Assembly (NCBI RefSeq): GCF_036321535.1
Contig: NC_087455.1
Location: forward strand, 1,302,001-1,366,000
From: Camelus dromedarius
Lineage: Eukaryota
Direction of reading: 5' to 3'
Length of the DNA: 64,000 nt
Positions 1 through 12,641 of this stretch are shown piece after piece. Numbering within the stretch: position 1 is the first letter of the stretch; every line of letters starts with the position of its first letter. The notes under the pieces were generated by a model that was not told where the DNA came from, searched no databases, and saw only the letters and a program-made list of their open reading frames with translations. The translations under genes were made by a program, and so were the position numbers.

Positions 1-1099
1 GCGGCAGGAGCCAGGCACAGAGCAGGAACCCAGGAAATTGTCAAGGGGTAAACAGGGGAGGGAGGGGAGAAGGAGGAAGGGGAGGAGGGAGTAGGGATAG
101 GAGAAAGAAGGGGAGTAGGGGAAAGGAGAGGAAGAGGGATGGGGAGGCAGGAGAAGAGGGAGGTGAAGGAGGGGAGGAGGAGGGGAAGCCCGAGGGAACA
201 AACACCCGCAGCTGCACCCCACAGCTCGGAAAGGTCTGGGGTCCCCATGCAGCAGACCCGAAAGGAAAGCAGACTGTCTGCCCCTTCTCTCCAGTTTCTG
301 ACAATACTGCCAAGTGGCAGTGAGTGGACAGTGAGCTTAGGATCACACCAGTGGCAGAGGGGCCCCAGGTCCTGCAAGTTCCTCCCAGGACCCCTTGGAC
401 GTCGTCCACACCAGTGGGGAGGGTGGCTGGTGTGCCCAACAAAGCTGTTTACAGCGGGCCTCCCAGGAAGTCCCTCTGTTACCAAGGATGGGACAGGACC
501 CCGGGTGGGCAGGCCAGGCGCTGGGGAGTAGGAAGGCGGCGCTGGGAGCCCTGTTGTCTTGGCTGTCTGTTTTGTGGATGTTTTGCAGTTCTGACAAACC
601 CTGTGCTTCCAGCGGCACCTGGGTGCCCCGACCCGGACGCTGCTCCGGCCCTGGAGCGCTTCAGGTCAGCTTCGAGATGCCGGCCAGCTGTGCTGCACCT
701 GAGTTGCTGCCAGTCGCCACGTCAAAACTCAGACGGAACCTGAGCAGGAAGCTTCGCAGCTCGCTGTGCTCTGGGGCCTCTCTTCCCGGCTTGGAAACAG
801 CTGAAAATCCCTGCTACACCCACCCTCCAGTGCTGAGAGTGACGCTGACGGTGGCCTTGGCCCACCGCTGCCTCAGATCCCTTACCTGGTTCCTGCCCCA
901 GCACCTCAGAGTCCCCTCAAACTTCCCCCCTCCCTCAGGTTCTGAAAAATCAAGGGGTGGAGTTGAGTTGTGGGCTCCTGGTTAGAGACTAGGCTCTCCG
1001 CCGACCTCCTGGGGAAAGGAAGTGCTTCCCACAGCCGCCAGGATTCACACCCTCTGTGCTCTTAGCACACCTGCTGGCGTGGCCAAGGCGCCCTCTTGC

Positions 1100-1506
1100 C
1101 TCCTGACGAGCGGGAGGAGGAGCCGAGCGCAGGGCGGAGCCGAGCGGGGGGAGGAGCCGAGCGGGGGGAGGAGCCGAGCGGGGGGAGGAACCGAGCGGGG
1201 GGAAGAGCCGAGAGGGGGGAAGAGCCGAGCGGAGGGTGGGGAGGATCCAGCGGGGGGTGGGGAGGAGCCGAGCGGGGGGTGGGGTGGAGCCGAGCAGGGG
1301 GTGGGGAGGAGCCGATCGGGGGGAGGAGCCGATCGGGGGGAGGAGCCGAGCGGGGGGTGGGGTGGAGCCGAGCGGGGGGTGGGGAGGATCCAGCGGGGGG
1401 TGGGGAGGAGCCGAGCGGGGGGTGGGGTGGAGCCGAGCAGGGGGTGGGGAGGAGCCGATCGGGGGGAGGAGCCGACTGGGGGGTGGGGAGGAGCTGAGCG
1501 GGGGTA
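1100..1506 (+). repeat. G-rich minisatellite of about 20 units, core GAGCCGAGC plus G-runs (units of about 17 and 22 bp)
   Basis: Directly visible. It produces the spurious Pro/Gly-rich ORFs at 989-1691. Confidence 0.92.
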
Positions 1507-2624
1507 GAAGGTGGGAAGACCCCCTGACTTCGCACTTTTCCACACACGACTCCTGGGTCCGAAAAATGCAGGAGGAGCCTCATCAGTGAGCAGACCCCCA
1601 CGACCCTCAGGCACATGGACCCACGGAGATGCAACAGGGGAGTGGGGGCAGTCGCGTCTCCTCCGGCTTTGGCTCCCGCTTTTGCTGCCACAGAGTAGTC
1701 AGCGAAGGCACTGCTGCCTCCACGTGGCTCTTGCTTTAATCTGCTCCTCGGACCCCACAGCTCAGCGTAGCGCTAACGCAGGTGTAGGGGTCGGATGGAT
1801 GCGGCTTCACGCCTCTGCGCACAAAGGTCGGCTCCCATCCGGCATCCCACAGCTTTTGAAATGTCCTGGCATCCCTGTGCCTCAGTGTAGTGTCCGGAGT
1901 TAAAGCCGTGGGCACTTCCGAGGAAGTGCGAGGTCACCACCTGTAAGCTTGTGTTACAGCGAGGTCCTTTCTCCTGGGGCCCAGGGTTCCAGTCTGAAAA
2001 CTGGCTGAGGTCCCAAAACTGGGCAAGGGATTGTGACTTTTTATTGGGGAGATGGCACTCAGCCTCCCATTTTCCATCCTGACGCAAACTGGATGGGTCT
2101 CTGGCTGTTGCCCATTGGTTTTGCCCTCAGGGACACGGGGCTCTACCTGGTCTCCACAGCCCTTCTGCAGGCTCCTGGAACTTGCTCCCTGGTACTGCAG
2201 GCGGACGTGACAATTACGATGTAATAGCCCAGGTTGTGGAGCCAAGCCATCTGGGAGCCAGTTCTGCACAGTGGGCTCTGAGTGGAGCAGTCACGGGGGG
2301 GGGGGTGCTGGGGGCTCCGCACTAGCCCGGGAGCATAGCCTCCCCTGCAAGGCCGACTGCTGGTGCTGAACAACCCACCAGCCTGGCTCCACCCCTTCTG
2401 AGGCCAGCCAGCTACTTGGTGAGGCTGATAATTTTGTGCCATTTCCACACTGCAGGGTGCAACTGTCCCTCCTGCTGGGATGGTTACCTAGCCGAGGCAC
2501 AAGTTTGCTCAAGCTTTTGCCCCCAGTGCCTCAACCTGCACCACTACCTGAGAACCCACAGAGCGGTTTCCTCCCCGAGACCTTGTAGGACATCCCCTCA
2601 GACAGAAGGGTGCTTTACATCAAC

Positions 2625-3052
2625 AGGTTTACGGCTCCGAGGCTGCTGAAGTGAAGTTCCCAAATGTACATGATTTAAAACGGAGGAAATTTCTGGTCTC
2701 GCAGTTCTGGAGGCTGGCAGAGCTGTGCTCACTCCGAGGGCTTAGGGGAAGACCCTCGCTTGTCTCTTCCAGCTCCAGGTGGTGGCCAGCAATCCTTGGC
2801 CTTCCTTGGTTTGTGGCCATGTAACTGCAGTCCCTGCCTTCCTCTTTGCTCTGTGTGTGTCTGTGTGGCCCAGTTCCCCTCTTCCTATAATGACACCAGT
2901 CACGGTGGGCATGGGGCTCACCCGAATCCAGCACGACCTCATAATTACTTGATTAAATCAACAAGACCCTATTTCCACAAGAAGTCCCATCCACAGGTTC
3001 TGGGGGTTAGGACTTGAGCATATCTTTTTGGGGGGGCAATTCCACCCAGTGC
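2625..3052 (-). mobile_element. MaLR (MLT1-like) LTR
   Basis: Recognised by eye from MLT1-type segments such as CAGTTCTGGAGGCTGG and TAGGACTTGAGCATATCTTTTTGGGGGG. Confidence 0.65.
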
Positions 3053-3149
3053 AAGAAGAATGGTTGGGGCCCAGGCTTTCCACTGTGTACCACATGGTTC
3101 AGAAGCTGTGGCTTGTGGAACACTAGCATGGGCCCTCAAAGACAAAGCC

Positions 3150-6100
3150 CAGGAAGTATCGTTAGCCATTTGGTCTTTACCAAAGAATGAGAAAATTGAT
3201 TTAACTTTAGAAAACCAGTCAATGAAACTCACCAGATTCAAAGACAAAAAAAGGGGAAAAGATGTATTCATCTCAATAGAGACAGAAGAGCTGTTGGAAA
3301 AAATTTGACTCAATGGTGATAAAACTCCCTTAGCAAATTAGTATTAGAAAGGAAATCCCCCACCCTGATAAAGGCAAGCCATGAAAACCCCACAGCTAAG
3401 AGCATATTTAAAGGTGAAGGGCCACCGGCTCTCATTGTTTCTGTTCCCTTTACTGGGAGATTTGGCCAGGCAAATAGGCAAGAAAAGAGATCAAAGGTGT
3501 TCAGGTTGGAAAGCAAGAAGTAAAACTGTATTTGCAAAGGCATGATTGTCTGTGTAGAAAACTGTAAGGAATATTCATACAGGGGACGAAGACACACAGA
3601 AGACAAGATTAATACAAGAAACCTGATTGTATGTCTGGTCCAGAAGCAAATAATTCAGAATTGAAATCTGAAGTTCAGTGAGACTTGCCACTGAGAGTGC
3701 GGTCCACTAAAGGGAAAGCGAGCAAGTCGGGCTTCATTAAAATGAAACCCTTTTGCTCTGAGAACACCCACATGAAGGGGATGAAAGATGACGTATAGAC
3801 TGGAAGGAAATGTTTGCAAACATTTGTTGCAAAAAAAAATGTTCCAAACACATGCCTGACAAGGGCTTAGTACCAAGAATACGCAAGGAACTCTCAAAAC
3901 GCGACAGTACAAACAATCTCATTAAAAAACAGGAAAAGGGTGTTTTACTGAGACGATACACGACGGCAAATACACATGTGAGACACGTTCAGCACTGCTG
4001 CCAGGGGGATGTGAACCCAAACCACAACGAACTGTCACTACACACCTGTCAGAACAGCTAAAATCAAAATTAAGGAGAAGAGCAAATGCCAGTAAGGACG
4101 CGGGGACACTGGGCCACTTGAGGGGACGTAAAATGGTACAGCCACCCTGGAAAATAATTTGGAAGTTTTCTTGTAAAACTGAACATGCAGCTGCCACCTG
4201 ATCCAGCCATTGTACTGTTGGATGTTTATCCCAGAGCAGTTAATAATGTTCGTACAACACCTGTGCATGAATGCTTATAGCAGCTTTATTGGTACCACCC
4301 AAGAACTGGGACAGCCCAGACATCCTTCAACAGCTGAATGGTTAAGCAAACAGTAGCCCATCCACGGCACGGAACACTCCTCAGTGTCAAAAGGACCAAA
4401 CTATTGATGCACACAACCTGGATGGGTGTCCAGTAGGGACTGAGCTGAGTAAAAGAAACCACCAAAAGGAAATAGACTGTATGATTCTACTTTCATAACA
4501 TTTTTGAAACGGCAACATTTTAGAAATAGAGAGCAGATTAGTGGTTGCCAGACGTTCGGGATGGAGTGGAGTGAGAGGAAGGGAGGTTATAAAACGTCAG
4601 CAGGAGGGACCCTGGGGATGACGGAGGGGTTTAGCACGTGGACCACCTGGAGGATGCAGGAACCCACACGGCTGATAAAACCATGTAGGTCTGAACACTC
4701 TCAGAAGGGTATGCAGTGGGAGAATGAGTGTGACTGCTGAATTGTATCAACAGTATACTATATTGCTATTACACTATAGTTTTGTGATGTTATACTATAG
4801 TTTTGCAAATGTTACCATTAGTAGACACTGGGTAAGGTGTACACAGATCTGTTATTAAAGCTCCATGTGAAACCACCATTATCTCAATAAAATTTTTTAA
4901 AATCAAGTTACAAAAAATTTAATGGCATTTAGAGTATCTTCAAAAACATGGCATACTTAGAAATAAATTTGACAAAATATGTGCCAAAGGAGTTGAAAAA
5001 ATTTACATATATTAAAATAAGTACATACACTTTCACAAAAAGAAAACAAACAACCTCATAATAAATGGGCCAAAGGTTTGAGTAGACTCTTCACCAAAGA
5101 GAAATTCACACGGCAATGAGCACATGGAAGGATGTTCAGCATGTTTAGGAAGATGTAAATCAGAATCTTGCTGAGATACCGTGCCACACGGAGGAGAATG
5201 GCTGGAATCAGACAGTACTAGCGAGGGTGGGGGGCCCTGCAGTCTCCCCCATCGCCGGCACAGATGCAGCCACTTGGCAAAAGTGTTTGGCGGTTTCTAA
5301 TTAAGTTAAACATACTCTTACCTCATGACCGGGCAAGCCCAGTCCTAGGTTTTTTCCCAAAGAAATGAAGATGGACGTTCAGACTGTGCGCACATTTTCA
5401 GAGCTCTTTGTTTCCAAGTCTGAGTGCCCACGGAGAGCTCGTGCCTCGGCCGAGTGGAGGTTAGCCACAGGCACACATGCGGCAGCACGGGGGAGCCCCA
5501 GGGGCATCAGCTGAATCGGGAGGGCTACAGAAAAAGGCACACGTGCTTGGCCCCACGGGGCTGGGCTGATGGTGGGAACTGGCTGCAGGAGGGTGCCAGG
5601 GACTTCTCTGGGGTGACAAACTGTTCCATATGCTGATTGTGGTGGTGGGTACAAGTGCATGACTGCCTGTATTTGTCAGAACTCATGAAACTATATTTAG
5701 AAATTGGTAAATTTTATTTTTACAAATCATACCTCAAACAGCTGACTTTAAAGAAACTTTCCACAAAGGAAAACTCCAGATTTAGATGCTCTCACTGCTT
5801 AACTCCTCCAAACACACAGGAGAAAGACAGTATCAGTCCTCCAGAAACTCCTTTAGAGGAAAGAAAGGGGTGACACTTCCTTGTTAATTTTAAGAGGCTA
5901 GCATAATCTTGATTTTTTTAAATAAAAATGGATAAGGATTTACCAAAAAAAAAAAAAAAAGCCAGAGCAATAGCCCATGAAAATTGATGAAAACATATCC
6001 TAAATGTAATACAGAAAATAATCAGTGGCCTATAAAAAAGAAAACATACTGTATAATCTAGTAGGTACAGAAAATCATTTGATAAATTCAACACGCTTTA

Positions 6101-6480
6101 TGATAACTCAGCAAACGAGGAATAGAAGGTATCTTTCTGACCTCATAAAGGTCACTACCAACCCAGCTCTCACGTTCATCGTATTTGTGGTGAACTACTG
6201 AGCACTTTCCTCCTGTCACCACCACCTCTCGTCACTCTGTCCTGGATAAAAGGAACAGGAACAGCAGCAACAAGGGGACTATCATTGACGATGAGGAATC
6301 GACTGCATCATTTGGACATCGCATGATTTTGAATTTAGAATGTAATGTACAGAGCAAATATTGGAATTAATACAGGAGTTTAGAAGGGTCACTGGCTATA
6401 AGAGCTATACATAAACACCAACTGGATTTCTATATAATAGCAATAATAAATTTAGAATCTTAAAGTTTAAAAAATCCACT
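3150..6480 (+). mobile_element. Cluster of old, fragmented L1 ORF2/3'-end relics
   Basis: A-rich sequence with decayed L1 segments and no open frame. Boundaries are approximate. Confidence 0.7.
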
Positions 6481-7039
6481 GAATTCTCGACTGCCCTAGG
6501 ATAACTTCAGCTCCTGTATCCAACTCTCTTTACTGTTTCTAGAAGAAAAGGCATTCAGATCAACAGAGAGAGGGAACAGGACCTCACCTGCCCCATGCCC
6601 TCAGCATGCGCAAGAGATGGAGAGACCACAGGTGTCATTTACCTTCATGTAGAGAGACGAATGCAAACTTCTGGCAGAGGTATCTTTGGACCTAGGGCAC
6701 CTGCTGGGCAGAGTTGGTGTCGCTGGAGGGAAACGGGAGGAAATGGGAGAAAGGAACTTAGGGCCTGAGTGCGATGGGCTCGGACAAAAGCCACCCTCAG
6801 AAACAGAAGGTTCGGCTCCCCGTGCGGGGATGCTGGGGGCCAGACTGGGAGCTGCTGATCAGCCGCCTGGCTCTCGGCGACGTACCTGAGAGGACGTGGG
6901 GACGCAGGGTTAGTCCGAGATGATTCCCTTCTCCGGTGGCCAACCAGGAGGAGGGCCGACACCCCAGGAGGCTTGGTGACAAATGGAAAGAAGGAAGGAA
7001 GAAGGGGGAAACTAAGTACTGTAGCAACAAAGGAGCCTC

Positions 7040-7230
7040 CTAATGTTGCAGGGTACCCACCCTTCCCACCGCCACCGCCGCCGCCGCCGCCGGCGGCATC
7101 GGCGGACCTCGGCCGCCAGGAGCAGCTGCCCTTCACCGCGCAGCCGGAAGAGGGCGGCCGCGGCCCGGCGTCCGGGAGGCGGCGCTGCGGGCCCACCCGC
7201 GGGAAGACACCGCGGGAGAAGTAAAAGGGG
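7040..7230. promoter_or_regulatory. Small CpG island with a (CCG)n tract and ETS motif CCGGAAG
   Basis: CpG-dense patch within AT-rich surroundings, with a CCG run at 7069-7092. Confidence 0.55.
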
Positions 7231-7895
7231 AGGAAAACCTTTTTCCTGACAAATGTCCCGGAAAACCAGCCAGGAAGCAGAAGAATCCGTCATACCCGAA
7301 TTAAAACATTTGAAAACATGAACACCTTGCTCCAGAAATTCAGAACCTCAAAACAAATAGGCGATCAAAGTGAAGACATGAAATGAGAAATTTCCTCATG
7401 AGAGTGAGGACGGAAATGGAGGAAAACTTAAGGACCCGCTTGGAAGTAAAGACTGACTTACAAAGTTCCAAGGGAGCAGGCTGTGAAATTGCAGGTCGGA
7501 AACTGTGGCAGAAGCATGGGATGGGAAGGCAGGCAAGCAAGAGGACAAAATGACCCAAATCTGCACTAAAAGGGCTCACCCATTCCTGGGAAAATGACCC
7601 AGAATGGTGACCTCTAAGACTACGCCTGTACAAATTCTGAAAGATACAGAAACCACCCTTATTGCCTACAATCCACAAAACCTATGTTAGGAAAACAGCA
7701 GACTGATGTCAGACTTCTCAAAGTGCCCTTTAAGCAAGACACAGTGAAGCAGAAATGACTTTAAAGAGACAAACTCAAGAAAATAACGTTCCGTATAGTC
7801 AAGACTATAATCAAGCATCAATGCTTTAGAAAACAATTTTAAACCTCTAACCTTTGGTTTCAGTAAAAAGGGAAAAAAAAGTGACAATATGATAC

Positions 7896-8542
7896 TGGAA
7901 AAACATGGGCCATGTGGGGCGAGGGGACAGCCGTATTCCAGGTCTTGGTTGAGCCCCTGGGACGTGTCCCGCTAAGCGTGGGTCCCTGGCTTCACGCAGG
8001 AAAGAACTGAAGAGCGAGCCACAGCTGAGTACAGGTAGGTTTATTTAGAGAGACACATACTCCACAGACAGAGTGCAGGCTGTTTCAGAAGGGCAGAGAA
8101 AGGCCATGAGGTGTAGGGGTTGGGTGCTCAGTTTAAAGCAAAAGCAGAGGGGGGAGGGTATAGCTCAGTGGCAGAGCGCACGCCTAGCATGCACGTGGAC
8201 CGAGTGTGGCCCTTCTCACTCAAGCCAGAGCGGCCAAGATGCGCGGTGTTGCTAGTTTTTATGGGCCTGGTAACTTCATATGCTAATAAGTAGGAGGGTT
8301 ATTCCAGCTACTTTGGGGAAGGGACAGGGATTCTCAGGAATTGGACCACCACCCACCCTCTTTTATGGTCGGCCTTAAAACTGCCTCGGCACGCGTGGGA
8401 GGGCCATTCAGCAGCCATTGTATTTCAATGAGCGTATACTGACGCTCAAGGTCTCCTGGGAGTTGAATCTTCCCCCATGTTGGTGCTAATTGCTGTGTCA
8501 TTCTTTTAATGGTCATGCCCTGCCCCCTTCCCTCCTGTCTCA
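7896..8542 (-). mobile_element. ERV solo LTR
   Basis: TG...CA termini (left boundary uncertain; possible TSD GATAC/AATAC), minus-strand AATAAA at about 8040-8045 and typical U3-R-U5 composition. Confidence 0.6.
8151..8195 (+). mobile_element. tRNA-derived SINE head (Vic-1-like), 3'-truncated, inside an LTR
   Basis: GGGGAGGGTATAGCTCAGTGGCAGAGCGCACGCCTAGCATGCACG, with an A-box but no B-box or tail. Confidence 0.75.
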
Positions 8543-10211
8543 AATACTTGAATCAAACCCCTAAATCAAAGAAACTGGAGGAAAAAACACAAAGTGAACA
8601 GAAGGAAGCACAGGGAAGAAAATCAGAGAAAGCCCCGCCCTGCTCTGTCCCCAGATGTTAAATTAGAGGGAAGAGGGCAGACCGGGCGGCGGGCAGCCTC
8701 AGGGTTCCCATCAGCCTGGGGCCGCATGTGGGCGCCCAGGCAAGAGCACCTTGCCGGCTAACTCAGAGTCCCCGGGTCCTGTCCCAGCAGCCCTGCCCCT
8801 AGAGCACCCCTTATCCCCTACTCTTCACCCAGACCTTAAATGCAGTCCCTCCCAGGACTCCATTGTGTCACTCAGATTTCTCCAGGAGGCTGTCCTCCCA
8901 GAATGCACCCTCTGAAGTTATGACCCCTCTGCCCAAGGAGTCCCAGAAAGCATCCTTGGGTGGGGCTCAGAGAGGGGAGGTCCAGCTGGGCTGTGGCTCA
9001 GCCACCAGCTCTGGGAATGGTCTCATCCCCCTCCCCCCCAAATCCAGGGGAGCCAGGCAGGGGAAGCAAAGGAACTCTGCAAGCTGAGGCAGGACAAACC
9101 CAGGCCGGGCCACGGCCACCTGGCATCCATGGTCATGGGATAGATAGCCTTTGAGTGAGGGGCGGAGGTCAGCAGGCTGGGGCCCTGCTAATCACAGGAC
9201 GGCAGGAGCAGGGCAATGCAGGAAATGCTAAGGACTGGGGAGGAGGGGGTGGAGAGCCCCCCCTGGGCTGGGCTGTGGGCACCACAGATGGAGCCTAGAC
9301 ACTGGGCAAGACCTTCCTCCCGGAGCAGCCTGGGAGGGGCAGGCGAGGGGGCTGGGGCCAGACACTACAGAGCTGAATTTGGCTACAGAGAAGTGGCAGG
9401 CATCAGTCGGGTCCCTGTGCACTGAGACCAGGGAGTCTGGTCTCCTGCCCTAAGTGTGCCCAGGCTGGACAGCACCACTGCAGCCTGGCCAGATGCCAGG
9501 GGGAGGGGGAGCCTAGGGCAGGGCCCTCGAAATGCTTTCCTTTCCCCTCCTCCTCCCCTTCCTCCTCTTCTTTCTCGACCCCTCCCTCCCTACCTGCCCT
9601 CCTCCCTGTGGTAGGAAATGGAAACTCAGAGCCCTGGGCTCCTCCTCCAACCCCTCCCCCTCCCAGCCCAACCCAGCCTCCTCCCACCCCAGGGAGGGGC
9701 AACAGGAACTGAGAGGACCACCAGCCACCCCCAGGAGGTCTAGCCGCCTTGGAATCAGCCCTCCAGGGATTTTGCCCTCCTACCCGGGGCAGAGGAAACG
9801 CTGGGCCCCGAGGGTCACAGACCCAGTAGGCAAGTGGCTTCAACCCTCTAAGCTCTGGTTTCCATTTCTCAAAACTAGAGGTAGTCACGCCCCCTCTCAG
9901 TGTAGTTGTCGGAAGAGAAATAACAGATTAATGTCACCTGGAGAGCAGGAGGTGCCCAGAGGTGGACTCCACGGTTGGGGTCAGCAGAGGAGATCGCCCA
10001 CACAGACGTCCCGCCACCACCTCCTGCCCTGCGGCTCCCAGCGTCCCCAGAGCCAGATGCTAACTGCTGGCCACGATGGCCAAGTCTCCTGCTACATCTT
10101 CCTCTGCACACCTGGTTCCAGCTCTGCCCAGCCTGGCTGGTCTCAGTCCTTCTAGCAAAGTCGCTTCGATTTATTTTGAGTGAACACAGTGAATGCAGTC
10201 TATGTGGGAAC

Positions 10212-10675
10212 TGTCGATAAAAAGCCAAATATGAAACCAAATCAACAAACAAACATTGCACAATGAGAACGGTGAGTTTGCTTTTTCCGGGGACCTTACT
10301 GAGACCACAGCCTAGCAGACAGCCTCTCCGTAACGCTGAAGAACTGCTCCAAAGAGGTAGCGGAGGAGCCAGGATATATATGACGTTTTTGGCTGGAAAA
10401 TGCAGGTAGTCAAGCATGTATCTCGGTAAAAGATGACTGCTAGTCACAAAAACCACATCTCATGATTTGAGTGCTTCCAGTTTATGGGAAGATGCAAGAA
10501 TGGGGCAGTGTCAATGAAATTTTCCTTAGATGTGCTTCTTAAACTTCTAGAGGCCTACATCCAACACAGAGTGCTTCATCCAACTCTCTGCTCTGGACTT
10601 GCCTTCAGGGTGCACTGCAGGTGGGCGGCACCTTAATCCTTGTGGAGCTGAACTGTGAGAAACATTCCTTTTACA
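10212..10675. mobile_element. ERV solo LTR just downstream of the LY6E 3' end
   Basis: TGTC...TTACA termini, near-matching flanks GAAC/GGAC, 464 bp, LTR-like composition in GC-rich surroundings. Confidence 0.55.
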
Positions 10676-11200
10676 GGACTCAGAACTCCATGGAGAACCA
10701 GCATTCCTGAGGCCCAGTCGGATCTCCCTCCCATTGAATTTTTTCTTGCTTGGGTTTTTAATGTTGGTCTGACTCAGTGAACCATGACACTTTCACTACC
10801 CCGGGAGTCTCCACCAGACTGCTCTGGCGTGCTTCTGGATCCTTCCGCAAGATGTTGGCTGGGCCTGATGCTCAGCCTCACCCCTCCCTCTGTAGGGTCC
10901 TGACTTCCTCCCAGAAGCAGGCTGACCTCTCTCCTGGTTCCCCTGTCCAGTCCTGTTCTGAGGATGAACTTCCCCAGTGACCCCGCCCGGCCGAGGGCAG
11001 CTGGCTGTGGACTCTCCCCCACTGCCTTCAAGTGGGCCTCAATGTGGGGCCCTGTCACAAGGACCCCAGACCCCCTCCCCCCAGGCTCTGGGTCTCTGCT
11101 GCTGCCTTCCCTACATTAGGATCCTGCTGGGAGGGGCAGTCCCAGGCAGGTGGGCCACAGGCAGTCACACCCAGAGCAAGAAGGGGTGGGAACATCTGTG

Positions 11201-11206
11201 TTTATT
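11201..11206 (-). terminator. LY6E: LY6E polyadenylation signal AATAAA
   Basis: TTTATT on the plus strand, about 600 nt downstream of the stop codon. Confidence 0.7.
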
Positions 11207-11799
11207 TGAGGCACCAAAGCAGCAGGGGGTTCCAGTGGGGTGGGAGCTGCAGCTGGATTTGGGGGTAGGAGCAGATTCCTGGGTCAGCAGCCTAGACGTG
11301 GGATCAGTGGAAGCCCTGTGCCCTAAAAGGCTGCCCTCGAAGTGATGAAATAAGGGGTGTACAGATGCCAGGGCAAAGGGGCTTGGGGACCCTGATGCTT
11401 ACTCCCACGCCCCCTGCCATGCCTGGCAGGGTGCACTGACCACACACCCATCCACACAGCACATCTTCTGTACCTGGGGGTGGAACAGGGCCTGGACAGG
11501 GCAGGCCTGGGGCTTAGGTGCCCCTCCCAGTGTGTCCCCAGGACTTGGTTCTGACTCTGGAACCCTCAGGCTCCGTTCCCAGGTTCCCCCAGGAAGGCTG
11601 ACCCGGAAGGGTGGGCAGCTGGCAGGTGTAGGTACAGGGGCAGGCCTGCCTGTGGGGACCCAGAGCCAGGGGGAGGGGGTGACAGGCAGGGTGAGAAGTC
11701 AGAGGAGGTGGCTTCAAGATCCCCAGTGGTCCAGGAAGGGCTGCGCTTTCCTTCCTTCCTGAGCTTCGGGGGTCTGGGCTGGGCACAGGGTCCTGGCAA

Positions 11800-12641
11800 T
11801 CAGGGGCCAAGCCGCAGCAGGGCGGACAGCAGGCTGAGCAGGAGCCCGAGGCCCAGCACGTGGGTGCTGGCCCGCAGCCCGCCGTCGGCTGCACTGATGT
11901 TGCACAGGAAGCTCTGGCAGCAGTGGGTGCCCACGGACGCCACTCCAAGATTGACGCTCGGGCCGGGACAGATCGGGGAGCAGCCCTTGTTCAGGGTGTA
12001 GCCAAAGTCCACCACGTTCCCTGCACAAGAAGACCAGGTTGTGAGTGGAGGGGCAGAGGGGACAGAGCCGGGGCCGGGGGGCCTGGCTACCCGTGCTCAC
12101 CGATGCCAGCGGATGCAGATATGGTCACGCAGTAGTTGTCGGAGTCGGAGCAGACGGTGGGCTTCAGGCAGTACCAGTTGCTGTTCTTATTCGTGCAGGA
12201 GAAGCACACCAGGGAGCGGGCTGCGCGAGGAGGGCGCCCGTCTCACGCAGGGGAGTCTTCCCGCAGCCCTCCCAGCCCTGGCCCAGAGGCTCGTGGGCGC
12301 CCGGCCTTTGCAGGCGTTCACTGAGCAGCCGCGGTACGCCAGGCCCGGGCTGGGGACCAGGAAGCACAGTGACACCAGACCCTGGCCCCCCGGAGGGACT
12401 CCAGTGGGAGCAGGGGTGGGGTGGAATGACCGCTGCTCTAGGGGAGAGGGGCCTTTTAGGTGGCACAGGGCAGGTGACACAAGCACCCAACTGAAGGGCC
12501 CCTGGGCACTGCAAGGGAGAGAAGAGGGACAGGGAGTCCAGGAGGAGGGCACAGCCCGCCCAGAGGCCGGGGGCCCCAGGGCATCTCACCTCGCTCCACA
12601 CCCAGGAGGGCAGCCAGCAGCACCGGCAGGAAGACCTTCAT
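11800..12641 (-). CDS. LY6E: Lymphocyte antigen 6E, GPI-anchored LU-domain protein, 130 aa; coding exons 12590-12641, 12101-12220, 11800-12020
   Basis: Exons of 52+120+221=393 nt with GT/AG boundaries translate to MKVFLPVLLAALLGVERARSLVCFSCTNKNSNWYCLKPTVCSDSDNYCVTISASAGIGNVVDFGYTLNKGCSPICPGPSVNLGVASVGTHCCQSFLCNISAADGGLRASTHVLGLGLLLSLLSALLRLGP. It has a 10-Cys LU pattern ending CCxxxxCN, a signal peptide and a GPI-signal tail, and is recognisable as LY6E. Confidence 0.97.

Noticed and set aside
55-188. Nearly pure polypurine tract with H-DNA potential
   Set aside because: Low-complexity sequence with no clear mirror symmetry or link to any feature. Such tracts are common in mammalian DNA.
989-1691. 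Multiple Pro- or Gly-rich ORFs
   Set aside because: Translations of the G-rich minisatellite in all frames.
2416-2649. Cys-rich ORF as a possible hidden LY6 family exon
   Set aside because: The Cys spacing does not fit an LU domain, I found no matching splice sites or partner exons, and it runs into an MLT1 LTR.
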